From an uncultured Candidatus Rokubacteria bacterium (GTDB lineage Bacteria; Methylomirabilota; Methylomirabilia; Rokubacteriales; DASRDR01): DNA of 64,000 nucleotides. The translations under genes were made by a program, and so were the position numbers. The notes beneath the pieces are model-generated. The model saw nothing but the letters and a program-made list of their open reading frames with translations. It did no database searches and was not told where the DNA came from. The stretch covers positions 128,001 to 192,000 of the forward strand of contig CAWGVS010000011.1 of NCBI GenBank assembly GCA_963826115.1, read 5' to 3'. This document shows positions 1 to 12,384 of this stretch, piece by piece (the stretch's first letter is position 1; each line of letters begins with the position of its first letter).

Positions 1-456
1 CAGCAGAGCGATCGCCTCTGGCTGACGCAGCTCCGCGGCCGGATCGTCGTGCTGGCCTTCGGATGCGCGGGGTGCGGCGCCTGCCCCGGGCTCCTCGAGC
101 GGCTGGCCGAGGTCGAGCGCGGGCTGGGCGACGCGCCGGGCCGCCGCGTCTTCTTCGCGATGGTGACGGTCGACCCGGCGCGCGACACGCCGGCCGCGCT
201 GCGCACGTTCGGCCGGGCGCGCGGCCTGCGCGCGCCCGCGTGGATCTTGCTCACCGAGGATCGGCACGGCCAGGTGGAGGCGGTGACACGGCTGTACGGC
301 GTCGAGGTGCGTCGACAGGGCGACCGGGTGGACGTCGACTGCACGGTCCTCCTGATCGACGGCGCGGGAGTGCTCCGGTTCCGCTACGGCCCCGACTCGA
401 TGGATGCCCTGCCCGGTGGCCTTCGCGCCCTTCTCGGACGGCCCGCGACGCCGTGA
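1..456 (+). CDS. SCO/SenC-like thioredoxin-fold protein (5' truncated by window)
   Basis: Frame open from base 1: LRGRIVVLAFG-CAGCGACP, VTVDPARDTP, LLID motifs typical of the SCO family; metal-ligand spacing atypical. Confidence 0.75.
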   Translation, partial: QQSDRLWLTQLRGRIVVLAFGCAGCGACPGLLERLAEVERGLGDAPGRRVFFAMVTVDPARDTPAALRTFGRARGLRAPAWILLTEDRHGQVEAVTRLYGVEVRRQGDRVDVDCTVLLIDGAGVLRFRYGPDSMDALPGGLRALLGRPATP

Positions 457-494
457 CGGGTGCCCGGGGGCGCGCGCCCGCCTGTGTCCCTTGG

Positions 495-503
495 TGCTAG
501 GAT
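495..503 (+). promoter_or_regulatory. extended -10 (TGcTAGGAT) 7 nt upstream of ATG 511, putative leaderless promoter
   Basis: TGn-TAnnnT match; no SD before the ATG. Confidence 0.45.
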
Positions 504-510
504 GGCGGCG

Positions 511-831
511 ATGCGGCGCCAGCTCTTCCTCCTCGTCCTGGTCTACGTCACGCTGGATTTTGCCAATCCTCTGATGCCGGGCGCGGTGACCTTCTCCGCG
601 GGGTCGGTCGACGTGGTCCAGGCGGACCGGACCGCGCGGATGGCGCGCCCGGAGGCGGCTGACGCGCGCCCGCCCGCCGCGCTGCCGACCTGGACCGCGA
701 CACTCTGGGACGCGACGCCCGCCCCGTCCGTCCCAGCGTCGACCCCGGCGCCCGTCGCCACGGGCCGCTCGGCCCGCCGGGCGCCGCCTCCGTCCGATTT
801 CGCGCCGCCCCCTCCGTCGGAAGACCACTAG
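511..831 (+). CDS. small hypothetical protein, DxANP...S[ED]DH family, copy 1 (candidate leader peptide)
   Basis: MRRQLFLLVLVYVTLDFANPLMPGA...RRAPPPSDFAPPPPSEDH*; paralogous to ORFs at 10010 and 12522. Confidence 0.7.
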   Translation: MRRQLFLLVLVYVTLDFANPLMPGAVTFSAGSVDVVQADRTARMARPEAADARPPAALPTWTATLWDATPAPSVPASTPAPVATGRSARRAPPPSDFAPPPPSEDH

Positions 832-913
832 CTCGCCCGCCTCGGAACGTCCCTGGGTCGCGCCGTGCTCTCGCACGGCGCCAGCGCCATTTCCCACCCG
901 GAGGAGCGCCGAG

Positions 914-1012
914 ATGCGGGTCAAGGCAGGATGGGAAGGGATCGTCCTGGGCGTGCTGATGCTGCTGGTCGCACTGTCCCTGATCCTGGGCTTCCGATAC
1001 GTCACGGGTTGA
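914..1012 (+). CDS. 32-aa single-TM small protein
   Basis: SD GGAGGAG at ~900-906; MRVKAGWEGIVLGVLMLLVALSLILGFRYVTG*; below ORF-track cutoff. Confidence 0.6.
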   Translation: MRVKAGWEGIVLGVLMLLVALSLILGFRYVTG

Positions 1013-1014
1013 CG

Positions 1015-1389
1015 GTGGCGGATGATCCCGCCGGGGAGGTGACCGTGGGCAAGGTCGGCCGGTTCGTGACCGATCCGAAGGCCGGAGCCTTTTGCCAGAT
1101 CGTTCTGGACAGCGGCGAGAAGATCCTCGTGAGCCACGACAAGGGGGGATTCAAGGGAGGCCGCCTCAGCATCGCGACGCTCAAGTGGCTCGGCCTCGCG
1201 TCGGGCGAGATGCTCTTCGAGGTCGACCTCGACACGCCCAGGGGCCAGGCGGCCCTCCGCCGGCTCACGGCCGGCGCGCCGGAGGGGACCGCCCGGGCGA
1301 CGCCGCTCGGGGCCCTCGTGGAGTATGTGAAGGAGTGCCCCTCGGCGGCCGACGTCCGGCTCCGCGGCGCGGCGCTCGAATCTGGCTAG
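1015..1389 (+). CDS. hypothetical protein
   Basis: GTG 2 nt after the small-ORF stop, in the frame of ORF 865..1389; globular-looking sequence. Confidence 0.6.
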   Translation: MADDPAGEVTVGKVGRFVTDPKAGAFCQIVLDSGEKILVSHDKGGFKGGRLSIATLKWLGLASGEMLFEVDLDTPRGQAALRRLTAGAPEGTARATPLGALVEYVKECPSAADVRLRGAALESG

Positions 1390-1390
1390 G

Positions 1391-2632
1391 CTACGCGGCG
1401 CGAGACGCTCGGCGCCCGACTCGAACGAGCCACGCCAGCACCACGCCCAGGTACGCGAGGGCCCCGCCGACGCGCGCCCACGCGGCGCCGTTGGCGCCCC
1501 ACGCGGGCGCGAGCGCCGGGAGGAGAAGGACGAGGCCGGTGGCGCTGGCGGTGGCCGCGGCCGTGGCCGCTCCGGGCTGGCCGCTGCCGAGCATCGCCGG
1601 CGTCGCCCAGAGCGTGGCCACGGCGATTCCGGTGGCGAGGAGCAGCAGGCGGAACGGCGCCACCGCGTCGGCATAGCCGGGACCCAGAGCGAGGCCGACG
1701 AGCCAGGGGGCGCCGACGACGCCCACGAGGACGACGGCTCCGGTGAGGACCACGAGGCCCCCGACCATCTGGCGGAGCAGCCGGAAGAACTCCCCGCGGT
1801 TCTCGAGCCAGGCGCGCGCCAGTTGGGGGAAGGCGGCGAAGTAGAGCGGATCGCTCAGGTCCTCGAGGACGCGCGCCAGCCGGAGCGCCGCCCCGTAGAC
1901 GCCGACCTCCGCTGCCGTCCGGAAGTAGCCGAGCAGCAGGAGGTCGAGGCGGCGCATCGCCACCTTCAGCGTGGCCCGGACGCTGCTGTGGCCGAGGAAG
2001 GCGAGCATGCCTCGCCAGTACGGACGGACGGCCCGGAGGGATGCGCTCGCGCGGGCCGGCCAGAGCTGCGCGCGGACCTCGCGGCTCGCCAGCGCCAGCA
2101 GGATCAGGGCGCCGACGACGTCGGCGGCCAGGTGGGCGACCAGGACTCCGCCGACACGGGCTCCGGCGGCCACGGCCGCGACCACCAGCCCGAGGCGACT
2201 GACCGCCTCGACCGCCGAGCAGAGGCCCAGCACGCGGAATCGGTCGAAGACCCGCATCACGGCGCGGGCGGTCCGGTCGAATGCGCTGATCACCAGGGTC
2301 GCCGCGCCGAGCACGATCAGCGGCTCGAGCGACGGATCCCCGAAGAGCCGTGTTGCGATCCAGGAGGACGTCGCCCAGACGAGGCCGAAGCCGAGGGCGG
2401 CGACCGCCGCTTCCAGCGCGACGGCGATCTCCAGCGTTGCGAGGGCCACGCCCGTCTGGCCGCGGCTCGTGAACTCGCTCAGGTACCGGGTCACCGCCTC
2501 CCACGCCCGGACGTCCACGACCAGGTGGGCGACCCCGACCACGCTCCACACGAGGGTGAGCCGGCCGAACTCCCCGGCGCCGAGCCCGCGCGCGGCGATC
2601 AGCGTCGCCAGGAACTCGGCCGCGAGCACCAC
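1391..2632 (-). CDS. Wzx/MATE-like oligosaccharide flippase
   Basis: Polytopic; LGAGEFG, RLDLLLLGYF..AAEVGVY motifs; the frame continues upstream (LLRNAGWLLAS, to ~2700), so the true start is uncertain. Confidence 0.8.
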   Translation of the reverse strand: MVLAAEFLATLIAARGLGAGEFGRLTLVWSVVGVAHLVVDVRAWEAVTRYLSEFTSRGQTGVALATLEIAVALEAAVAALGFGLVWATSSWIATRLFGDPSLEPLIVLGAATLVISAFDRTARAVMRVFDRFRVLGLCSAVEAVSRLGLVVAAVAAGARVGGVLVAHLAADVVGALILLALASREVRAQLWPARASASLRAVRPYWRGMLAFLGHSSVRATLKVAMRRLDLLLLGYFRTAAEVGVYGAALRLARVLEDLSDPLYFAAFPQLARAWLENRGEFFRLLRQMVGGLVVLTGAVVLVGVVGAPWLVGLALGPGYADAVAPFRLLLLATGIAVATLWATPAMLGSGQPGAATAAATASATGLVLLLPALAPAWGANGAAWARVGGALAYLGVVLAWLVRVGRRASRAA

Positions 2633-2744
2633 GCCGTCTGACGCGAGCAGCCACCCGGCGTTCCGCAGGAGCCGGCGAAGTGCGGGGTCGAGGTCCGCGA
2701 GGCGCCGCCCCGCGGCGGCGCGCGGCCGCCCGCGACCCTCGGCT

Positions 2745-4985
<2,241 letters not shown>

Positions 4986-5077
4986 GTTCTAGTATAGCCA
5001 CCAACAGGCCGCGTGCGGACGGCGAGGTTGGACCCGCCTCCTCCCGCAGGATCTGGTCACCGGCCGCCCCGGGCGCC

Positions 5078-5083
5078 TATAAT
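5078..5083 (+). promoter_or_regulatory. -10 box TATAAT upstream of the SLC5-kinase operon
   Basis: Perfect TATAAT in a GC-rich intergenic region, 40 nt before ATG 5124. Confidence 0.5.
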
Positions 5084-5123
5084 TCCCCCGCCTTGCGGTG
5101 GCGCGAGGGTGGGGGAGGCCTCA

Positions 5124-5315
5124 ATGAAGAGCAAGGACCTGCTCGTCGCCCTGTTCGCGCTCGGAGTCATCCTGCTGTCCTGGCCCTTCCTGACCGTGGT
5201 CAACCGGCCGTCGGCGGTGCTCGGGATCCCGACGCTGGTGGCGTACCTCTTCGCCGTGTGGGCCGGCATCATCGTCGTCCTGTTCTGGCTGACGGGCGGG
5301 CGCGACTCGAGTTGA
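5124..5315 (+). CDS. small 2-TM protein preceding SLC5-kinase (solute-symporter accessory-subunit-like)
   Basis: SD GGAGG; MKSKDLLVALFALG...VLGIP.LVAYLFAVW. Confidence 0.75.
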   Translation: MKSKDLLVALFALGVILLSWPFLTVVNRPSAVLGIPTLVAYLFAVWAGIIVVLFWLTGGRDSS

Positions 5316-5349
5316 CGGGCGAGCGGCCTCCCCGCCGGCGGATCGGCCC

Positions 5350-8343
5350 ATGAGCTGGCTCGACTACGGGCCTCTCCTCTCCATCGTCGTCGGCTACCTC
5401 CTCTTCCTCTTCGGCGTCGCCTACTGGGCGGAGCGCACGCGCCGGCTCGAGCGACCCCGCCTGCAGATGCTCACCTACGTCCTCACCGCCTCGGTGTACT
5501 GCACGGCGTGGACCTTCTACGGCAGCGTCGGGCTCGCCGCCAACCAGGGCCTCGAGTTCCTGACCATCTACCTCGGACCGGCGCTCCTGGCGCTCCTCTG
5601 GCCGGTCCTGCTCCGCCGGCTCGTGCGCATCGTCAAGGAGCAGCGGATCACGTCGATCTCGGACTTCATCTCGAGCCGCTACGGCAAGTCGGCGCCCCTC
5701 GGCGCGCTGGTCGCCGCGCTCGTCGTGCTCGGCCTGATCCCCTACATCGCGCTCCAGCTCCAGGCGGTCTCGCAGTCATTCAAGGTGATGATCCGGCAGG
5801 AGGCGATCCTCGACCGGTTCGACCCGACGCTCCTCGTCGCCGTGGTCCTCGGACTGTTCGGGATCCTCTTCGGCGCCCGGAATCCCGACTTCACGAAGGC
5901 GCAGCGCGGGCTCCTGACCGCGGTGGCCGTCGAGTCGGTGGTGAAGCTCCTGGCGTTCCTCATCGCCGGCGCCTACGTGACGTGGATCCTTTTCGACGGC
6001 TTCGGCGACCTCTTCGGCCGGATGCTGGCCGACCCGGCGCTGAGCCGCCTGATCACCCTCGGGGAGCCGCCGGCGGCGTCCTTCTCGCGCTGGACCGCGA
6101 TGCTGATCGTGTCGATGATGGCCGTGGTGTTCCTGCCCCGGCAGTTCCACGTTCTGGTGGTACAGAACCAGGACGAGCGCCACGTCGCCGCCGCGTCGTG
6201 GATGTTTCCGCTCTATCTCTTCCTGATCAACATCTTCGTCATCCCGATCGCCGTGGCCGGTCTCCTGCTGCTCCCGCGGACGCAGGCCGACCAGTACGTG
6301 CTCCTGCTGCCGCTCTCGGCCGGGAACCAGGCGCTGTCGATTCTCGTGTTCCTCGGCGGCTTCTCGGCGGCCACCGCGATGATCGTCGTGGACTCGCTCG
6401 CCCTGTCGAAGATGCTGACCAACGACATCGTCGTGCCGATCCTGCTGCGCAACCGGAGCCGCGACATCTACCGCGCGAGCCTGCGCTCGATGCGCTTCTG
6501 CATCCTCCTCGTCGTGTTCCTGGGATACGGCTGGGCGGCGCTGGCGGCCGGGCGCTTCCTGCTGGTGGAGATGGGCCTGCTCTCGTTCGTGGCGGTGACC
6601 CAGTGCGCGCCGGCGATCCTGCTCGGGCTCGTGTGGCCGCGGGGCAACCGAAGCGGAGCGTTCGCGGGGATCTCGGCCGGCTTCGCCCTGTGGTTCTACA
6701 CGCTGATCATCCCCGTGCTGGTGAAGGAGGGCGTCCTCGCCGCGTCGATCGTGGAGGCGGGCCCGTTCGGGGTGGAGTGGCTACGGCCGACGCACCTCCT
6801 CGGCCTGACGGGGCTGGACTCCCTGAGCCACGGGATCTTCTGGTCCCTCCTGGGCAATCTTGGCGCCTATGTCCTCTTCTCGCTCGCCACGCGCCAGGAT
6901 GCGGAGGAGCGGCTCCAGGCGGCGGCGTTCACCGGACGGTTCCCGGGCGCGACGATGCCAATCGACCGGACGATCCTCACGCCGCGGGAGATCGAGCGCA
7001 TCGTCCAGCACTACGTGGGCGATCCCGAGGCGGCGGTCATCGCGGGGGAGATCCTCGGCACCAAGGCGCCGGGCGACCTCACGCCGCCCGAGCTCCTCGA
7101 GCTCCGGATCCGGCTCGAGAAGCGCCTGGCCGCCTCGCTGGGCGCGGCCGCCGCGCGCTTCATCGTGGAGGACCGCTTCACGCTCTCCCAGGGCGAGGCG
7201 GAGCGCCTGGTGGAGTCGTTCCAGGAGCTCCGCCAGTCCTTGCGGACGACCGAGGAGGAGGTCCAGCGGGGCGAGCGCCTGCTGGCAAGCGTCGTGCGCA
7301 GCGTCGACGACTGCATCTTCACCACCGACACCCGGGGCCGGCTCGTGACGGTCAATCCCGCCGGGGAGCGCCTGTTCGGCGCCGCGCAGGCTGAGCTGGG
7401 GGGTGCGCCCTGGTGGGGGCTCCTGGTCGCGGGGCCCGGCGTGTCCGAGGGGCGGACCGGCCGGGTGTTCGAGGGCGCCTACGCGTGGAAGGGCGAGGTG
7501 CGGGCGCGGACCCGCGGTGGCCGTGAGTTCCCGGCCTACCTGGCCGTGGCCCCGATCTTCGATCCCGGCGGCCAGGTCCTCGGGACGGTCGGCGTCCTGC
7601 GGAACCTGACGGAGCAGCACGAGATGCAGCGCCGCCTGATCCAGCAGGAGACCCTGGCCTCGCTCGGGCAGATGGCGGCGGGCGTGGCGCACGAGATCCG
7701 CAACCCGCTGGGCGGGATCAAGATGGCGATGGCCGTCCTCGCGAAGCACAACGGCGACGCCCTCTCCCGGGAGATGGCCGAGAGCATGCGGTCGGGGGTC
7801 GCGGACATCGAGACGATCGTGAGCCATCTCCTCGACTACACGCGGGAGACTCGCCTCGACCGCCAGGCGTTCGACGTGGAGCGGATCGTGCGCGAGGTGG
7901 TCGAGCAGCTGGGCGCGGAGGCCCGGGCGCGCGGCGTCACGCTGTCCAGCCAGGCGTTCCCGGGCGTGGTCGTGGCACTCGTCGACGGCCGCCGGCTGCG
8001 GCAGGTCCTGGTGAACGTCACGCGCAACGGTATCGAGGCGGCCGAGCGGCGCTTCGGCGGCCACGTCGGGGTGACCTGTCACGGCCGCGACGGTGTCGTC
8101 GTGCTCGAGGTCGTCGACAACGGCGTCGGGATCTTGCCCGAGGACCAGGAGCGGATCTTCCTCCCGTTCTTCACGACGAAGCCGACGGGCACTGGACTCG
8201 GGCTTGCCATCGTGAAGAAGATCGTGGACCTTCACGCCGGAGAGATTCGCGTCACGTCGGAGGCGGGGCGGGGGACGCGCGTGGTGATCTCCCTGCCCGC
8301 AGGAGTGCTGGATGAAGCGACGAGTGCTGATCGTCGAGGATGA
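5350..8343 (+). CDS. SLC5 (sodium:solute symporter)-PAS-histidine kinase, CbrA/CrbS family
   Basis: YCTAWTFYGSVG, PYIALQL, LPRQFHV, GGFSAATAM (SLC5); PAS; H-box AHEIRNPL; N/G boxes, DNGVG, FFTTKPTGTGLGL. Confidence 0.92.
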   Translation: MSWLDYGPLLSIVVGYLLFLFGVAYWAERTRRLERPRLQMLTYVLTASVYCTAWTFYGSVGLAANQGLEFLTIYLGPALLALLWPVLLRRLVRIVKEQRITSISDFISSRYGKSAPLGALVAALVVLGLIPYIALQLQAVSQSFKVMIRQEAILDRFDPTLLVAVVLGLFGILFGARNPDFTKAQRGLLTAVAVESVVKLLAFLIAGAYVTWILFDGFGDLFGRMLADPALSRLITLGEPPAASFSRWTAMLIVSMMAVVFLPRQFHVLVVQNQDERHVAAASWMFPLYLFLINIFVIPIAVAGLLLLPRTQADQYVLLLPLSAGNQALSILVFLGGFSAATAMIVVDSLALSKMLTNDIVVPILLRNRSRDIYRASLRSMRFCILLVVFLGYGWAALAAGRFLLVEMGLLSFVAVTQCAPAILLGLVWPRGNRSGAFAGISAGFALWFYTLIIPVLVKEGVLAASIVEAGPFGVEWLRPTHLLGLTGLDSLSHGIFWSLLGNLGAYVLFSLATRQDAEERLQAAAFTGRFPGATMPIDRTILTPREIERIVQHYVGDPEAAVIAGEILGTKAPGDLTPPELLELRIRLEKRLAASLGAAAARFIVEDRFTLSQGEAERLVESFQELRQSLRTTEEEVQRGERLLASVVRSVDDCIFTTDTRGRLVTVNPAGERLFGAAQAELGGAPWWGLLVAGPGVSEGRTGRVFEGAYAWKGEVRARTRGGREFPAYLAVAPIFDPGGQVLGTVGVLRNLTEQHEMQRRLIQQETLASLGQMAAGVAHEIRNPLGGIKMAMAVLAKHNGDALSREMAESMRSGVADIETIVSHLLDYTRETRLDRQAFDVERIVREVVEQLGAEARARGVTLSSQAFPGVVVALVDGRRLRQVLVNVTRNGIEAAERRFGGHVGVTCHGRDGVVVLEVVDNGVGILPEDQERIFLPFFTTKPTGTGLGLAIVKKIVDLHAGEIRVTSEAGRGTRVVISLPAGVLDEATSADRRG

Positions 8344-9715
8344 CGAGGTCTTCCTGCGGCCGCTGCGGCGTGCCCTGGAGCTCGAGGGCTTCGACGTGCT
8401 GACCGCATCCAGCGGCGAGGAGGCCCTGGACCTCCTGAAGCGCGAGGACGTCGAGCTGGCTCTCACCGACCAGCGGCTGCCGGGCATGGACGGCGTGCAG
8501 GTCGTGCGGCAGCTCAAGGCCGAGCATCCCGAGATCGGCGTGGTCATGATGACCGCGTACGGGACCATCGGCGCCGCCGTCGAGGCGACCCGGCTCGGGG
8601 CCGAGGACTACCTGGTGAAGCCGTTCGAGCCCGACGAGATCCTCCTGGTCCTGCGGCGGGCGCTGGAGTTCCGCGAGCTGCGGGCGCAACGTCGCCGGTC
8701 GCTCCGCCGATACCAGGAGCGCTTCACCCTCACGAACCTCGTGGCGAACAGCCCCAAGATGCTCGACATCCTGGCGGTCCTGCGGGAGGTCGCGCAGCTC
8801 GACACGACCGTCCTCATCCACGGGGAGACGGGCGTCGGCAAGGAGCTCCTCGCCCGGACCCTCCACTTCACGGGGCCCCGGCGCGACAAGCCCTTCGTCG
8901 CGGTGAACTGCGCCGCGATCCCCGAGGAGCTGTTCGAGTCGGAGCTCTTCGGATACCGCCGGGGCGCGTTCACCGGCGCGACCGAGCCGCGACGCGGGCA
9001 CTTCCAGCTGGCGAGCGGCGGCACGCTCCTCCTGGACGAGATCGGCGAGATGCCGCTCGGGCTGCAGTCGAAGCTCTTACGCGCCATCGAGGAGAAGAAG
9101 ATCACTCCGATCGGCGCGGAGCGCCCCGTCGACATCGACGTCCGCTTCATCGCCACCACGAACCAGGACCTCCGCGAGGCCGCGGAGCGCGGGGCGTTCC
9201 GGCGCGACCTGTTCTACCGGCTGTCGGTGTTCCCGCTCCGCGTGCCGCCGCTGCGCGAGCGCGTCGAGGACATCCCGCCGCTCGCCGCGCACTTCCTCGT
9301 CGAGAGCGCCCGGCGCTGCAAGAAGAACGTCCGGAGCTTCACCCCCGCCGCCCTCGAGGCCCTGGTCCGGTACCCGTGGCCCGGGAACGCGCGCGAGCTC
9401 GAGAACGTCGTCGAGCGCGCGGTGATCACCGCGCGCGAGGACGTGATCGCCGACGTGGCGCCCTTCCTGGCGCCGAGAGGCGCGGACCGCGCCATCGTGG
9501 ACCTGACGCTGCCCTTCCGGGACGCGAAAGCGCGCGTGGTCGAGGAGTTCGAGCGGGCCTACGTGGCCGGCGTCCTCGGGCTCCATGCCGGAAAGCTCTC
9601 CGCCGCCGCCCGCCACGCCGACATGGACAACAAGAACCTCTGGGAGAAGATGGTGCGCTACGGCCTCCGCTCGCGGGCGGCCGCAGGGGAGCCGCCGCCG
9701 GACGGCGCTCCCTGA
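8312..9715 (+). CDS. sigma54-dependent response regulator (NtrC/AtoC family)
   Basis: Receiver (VEDD, TDQRLPGMDG, KPF), Walker A GETGVGKE, GAFTGA, LDEIGE, FRRDLFYRL, WPGNARELEN, C-terminal HTH. Confidence 0.95.
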   Translation: MKRRVLIVEDDEVFLRPLRRALELEGFDVLTASSGEEALDLLKREDVELALTDQRLPGMDGVQVVRQLKAEHPEIGVVMMTAYGTIGAAVEATRLGAEDYLVKPFEPDEILLVLRRALEFRELRAQRRRSLRRYQERFTLTNLVANSPKMLDILAVLREVAQLDTTVLIHGETGVGKELLARTLHFTGPRRDKPFVAVNCAAIPEELFESELFGYRRGAFTGATEPRRGHFQLASGGTLLLDEIGEMPLGLQSKLLRAIEEKKITPIGAERPVDIDVRFIATTNQDLREAAERGAFRRDLFYRLSVFPLRVPPLRERVEDIPPLAAHFLVESARRCKKNVRSFTPAALEALVRYPWPGNARELENVVERAVITAREDVIADVAPFLAPRGADRAIVDLTLPFRDAKARVVEEFERAYVAGVLGLHAGKLSAAARHADMDNKNLWEKMVRYGLRSRAAAGEPPPDGAP

Positions 9716-9865
9716 CCTAGGGCCCCGGAACCCCGCCGGTCTCGGTCCCGGGGGCATGGCCGGTCCGAATATTGGCCGCGGCTGTCCCATCCTCCCACTT
9801 CCCACCACGTACCGGCGGCGACCTCGACATCGTCGGGAGCCTGGCCTCGATCCCGGCGTCGAGTT

Positions 9866-9899
9866 CCATGGTATCGAGGCCATGGTTCGCGGGCCATTG
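9866..9899. promoter_or_regulatory. CCATGG palindrome array (14-bp period), candidate upstream activator site
   Basis: CCATGG 9866, CCATGG 9880, CCATTG 9894; similar array at 12385. Confidence 0.45.
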
Positions 9900-9979
9900 A
9901 GGGATGGCCTCCGTGTCTACCGCAGAGACTAACAGCGAACTGCGAATAACTACAGTGAGAACGGCCGCCACCACGCGTC

Positions 9980-9995
9980 TAGCACGCTCCCTGCT
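9980..9995 (+). promoter_or_regulatory. sigma54-like -24/-12 element TAGCACGctccCTGCT
   Basis: Matches TGGCACGnnnnTTGCW except AG at -24 and CTGC at -12; identical 16-mer at 12491. Confidence 0.5.
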
Positions 9996-10009
9996 ACAGT
10001 CCCCCGCCG

Positions 10010-10336
10010 ATGAGGATCTGGCTTCCCGGCTGGGCCCTGCTGCTCTATCTGGCGATCGACCTCGCCAACCCCTTCGTGCCCGGCGCTTTCCGGTTTACTC
10101 CCGAGGAGGGGTTCGTCTGGGTCGAAGGGATGTCTCCCGGTCGCGAGGGGGCGCGGAGCGGGGTTGCGGCGGCGAGCGTGCGAGCTCGGGCTTCGCACGT
10201 GCCAGCGTCCTCCGGGGAGCTGCAGGCCCCCACCGAGCCTGTCCGGGCGTGGCGCCTCACGACCTGGCTCACCCGTGTCCGGACCGGCGACCCTCCAGCT
10301 CGGGACCTCCCGCCGCCCGGTTCCGACGACCACTAG
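10010..10336 (+). CDS. DxANP...S[ED]DH family small protein, copy 2
   Basis: MRIWLPGWALLLYLAIDLANPFVPGAF...RVRTGDPPARDLPPPGSDDH*. Confidence 0.75.
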   Translation: MRIWLPGWALLLYLAIDLANPFVPGAFRFTPEEGFVWVEGMSPGREGARSGVAAASVRARASHVPASSGELQAPTEPVRAWRLTTWLTRVRTGDPPARDLPPPGSDDH

Positions 10337-10427
10337 GCCCCCATCCGCCGCTCGCACTGACCGTCACGACGAGCGCAACGCTGCGTTCGCGGTGCGCCCG
10401 TCCAGCATCGTTCTCGGAACGGTGAGT

Positions 10428-10735
10428 GAGCTGAGAACGTCGTGGAGCGCGCGGTCATCGTCGCGCGCGAGGACGTGATCGCCGACGTCGCGCCGTTCCT
10501 GGCGCCAAGCGGCGCCGACGGCGGTCGTCGATCTGACCCTGCCGTTCCGCGAGGCGAAGGCGCGGGTGTCGAGGAGTTCGAGCGGGCCTACGTGGCCGGG
10601 GTGCTGGGGCTGCACGGCGGCAAGCTCTCCGCGGCGGCCCGTCACGCCGACATGGACAACAAGAACCTCTGGGAGAAGATGGTGCGCTACGGCCTTCGCT
10701 CGCGGGCCATCGCGGGCGAGCCGCCGCCAGAATCT
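10428..10735 (+). pseudogene. duplicated 3' fragment of the sigma54 response regulator
   Basis: Aligns to ~9395-9702 (ENVVERAVI..AREDVIADVAPFL..EEFERAYVAGVLGLH.GKLSAAARHADMDNKNLWEKMVRYGLRSRA); 5' part missing. Confidence 0.85.
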
Positions 10736-10856
10736 CTTCCTGAGTCCCGGCTGACCCTGGGTTCCGGCACCACTCGTTTCGCGGTCCCGGTGCCATGAGC
10801 CACCGGGATCCTCCGCAATCCTCAGTCATTCCGAACACTTGCTGAGCCGTTTTCGC

Positions 10857-10872
10857 TGGCATGGCGGGTGCT
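10857..10872 (+). promoter_or_regulatory. sigma54 promoter (TGGCATGgcggGTGCT) upstream of MFS gene
   Basis: GG-N10-GC spacing, close to consensus, ~75 nt before ATG 10949. Confidence 0.6.
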
Positions 10873-10948
10873 TCCTCCCTTTCGGGTACGGGTCGAGATC
10901 TCCGACAGCCCCAGGGCTGTCCAGTCCCCCCGAACATCGGAGGAAGCA

Positions 10949-12314
10949 ATGCGCGCAGCGAAGGTTCCGCTCAACGAGCTCCGTCGCGTCGTCGTCGCGG
11001 CCTCCGTCGGCAACATCATCGAGTGGTACGACTTCTACATCTTCGGGAGCCTGGCCGCGATCCTTGCGGTCAAGTTCTTCGAGAAGGGCCACCCGGTGGC
11101 GGCCTTTCTCAGCACGGTGGCGATCTTCTCGGTCGGCTTCCTGATCCGGCCGCTGGGGGCGTTCTTCTTCGGCTGGCTCGGTGACAAGGTCGGCCGGAAG
11201 TACACCTTCATCGTCACCCTGACCGGCATGGGTCTGGCGACGGCTCTCATCGGCTTCGTGCCCACCTACCAGTCGATCGGCCTCGCCGCGGCGTTCATTC
11301 TCTTCGCCCTGCGCCTGATCCAGGGTCTCTGCCTTGGCGGGGAGTACGGCGGCGCATCACGTACGTCGCCGAGCACATCGAAGACGAGCATCGCGGGTAC
11401 TACACCGGGTGGCTCCAGACGTCGCCGACCCTCGGCATCGTCGTGTCGCTCGCGACGATCATCAGCATCCGGACCTATCTTGGCGTCGAGGCGTTCAACG
11501 ACTGGGGCTGGCGGCTGCCGTTCATCATCTCGCTTCTGCTGGTCGCCATCGCGATCTGGATCCGGCTCTCGCTCGGCGAGACGCCGATCTTCCAGGACAT
11601 GAAGGCGCGGGGTCGCACTACCACCAACCCCTGGCGCGAGGCGTTTCTCAGCAGCAACTTCAAGTACGTGGCGATCGCCAGCGTGGTCGTGCTAGGGGCA
11701 AGGCTGCGTCTGGTACAGCGGACAGTTCTGGGCGCTGTACTTCCTGCAGACGGTCAAGAAGCTCGACGTGCTGACGTCGAGCTGGATCGTCGGCATCGCG
11801 CTCCTGATCGCGACCCCGACCTTGATCTTCTGGGGCTGGCTCTCCGACAAGATCGGCCGAAAGCCGATCATCCTCGGCGGGATGGCCCTGGCCTCGCTCG
11901 ACCTACTACCCGCTCTACATCCGCGCTCGGAAACTACACGAACCCCGGAGCCGTCAACTACCCGATGGCCATTCTGATCGTGGTGATCCTGGTCAACTAC
12001 GTTGGCATGACCTACGGCCCGATCGGGCGTTCCTGGCCGAGTTCTTCCCCAGCCGCATCCGCTACACGTCGGTGTCGGTGCCCGTACCACATCGGCAACG
12101 GCTGGGGTGGCGGCCTGGTCCCGATCGTCACGACCTCGATGTACCTCTCGACCGGCAGCGTGGGCTACGCGCTGATCTATCCCATCGTGGTGCCGGCGGT
12201 CATGTTTCTCATCGCGATCTTCGTGATGCCGGAGACTCGCAAGCACAGCATCTGGGAAGAAGGGGCGATCGAAGCGAGCCGCAGTCGCAGCCTCAGCCGG
12301 GTAGGCAGGACTAG
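10949..12314 (+). CDS. MFS metabolite:H+ symporter (MHS family); multiple frameshifts, end approximate
   Basis: GNIIEWYDFYIFG, GDKVGRK, LRLIQGLCLGGEYGG, WGWRLPF, ETPIF, SDKIGRK, YHIGNGW.GG spread over several frames. Confidence 0.85.
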
Positions 12315-12384
12315 GGGCTCTGCACGGCTTGTCGGTGCGGGGCCTTTCCTTCATGCAGAGTGCTGAGTGCCGAGCGATTGATGA

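Noticed and set aside
865-1014. N-terminal 50 aa of ORF 865..1389
   Set aside because: Overlaps a hairpin and the better-supported 32-aa ORF with an SD; start reassigned to 1015.
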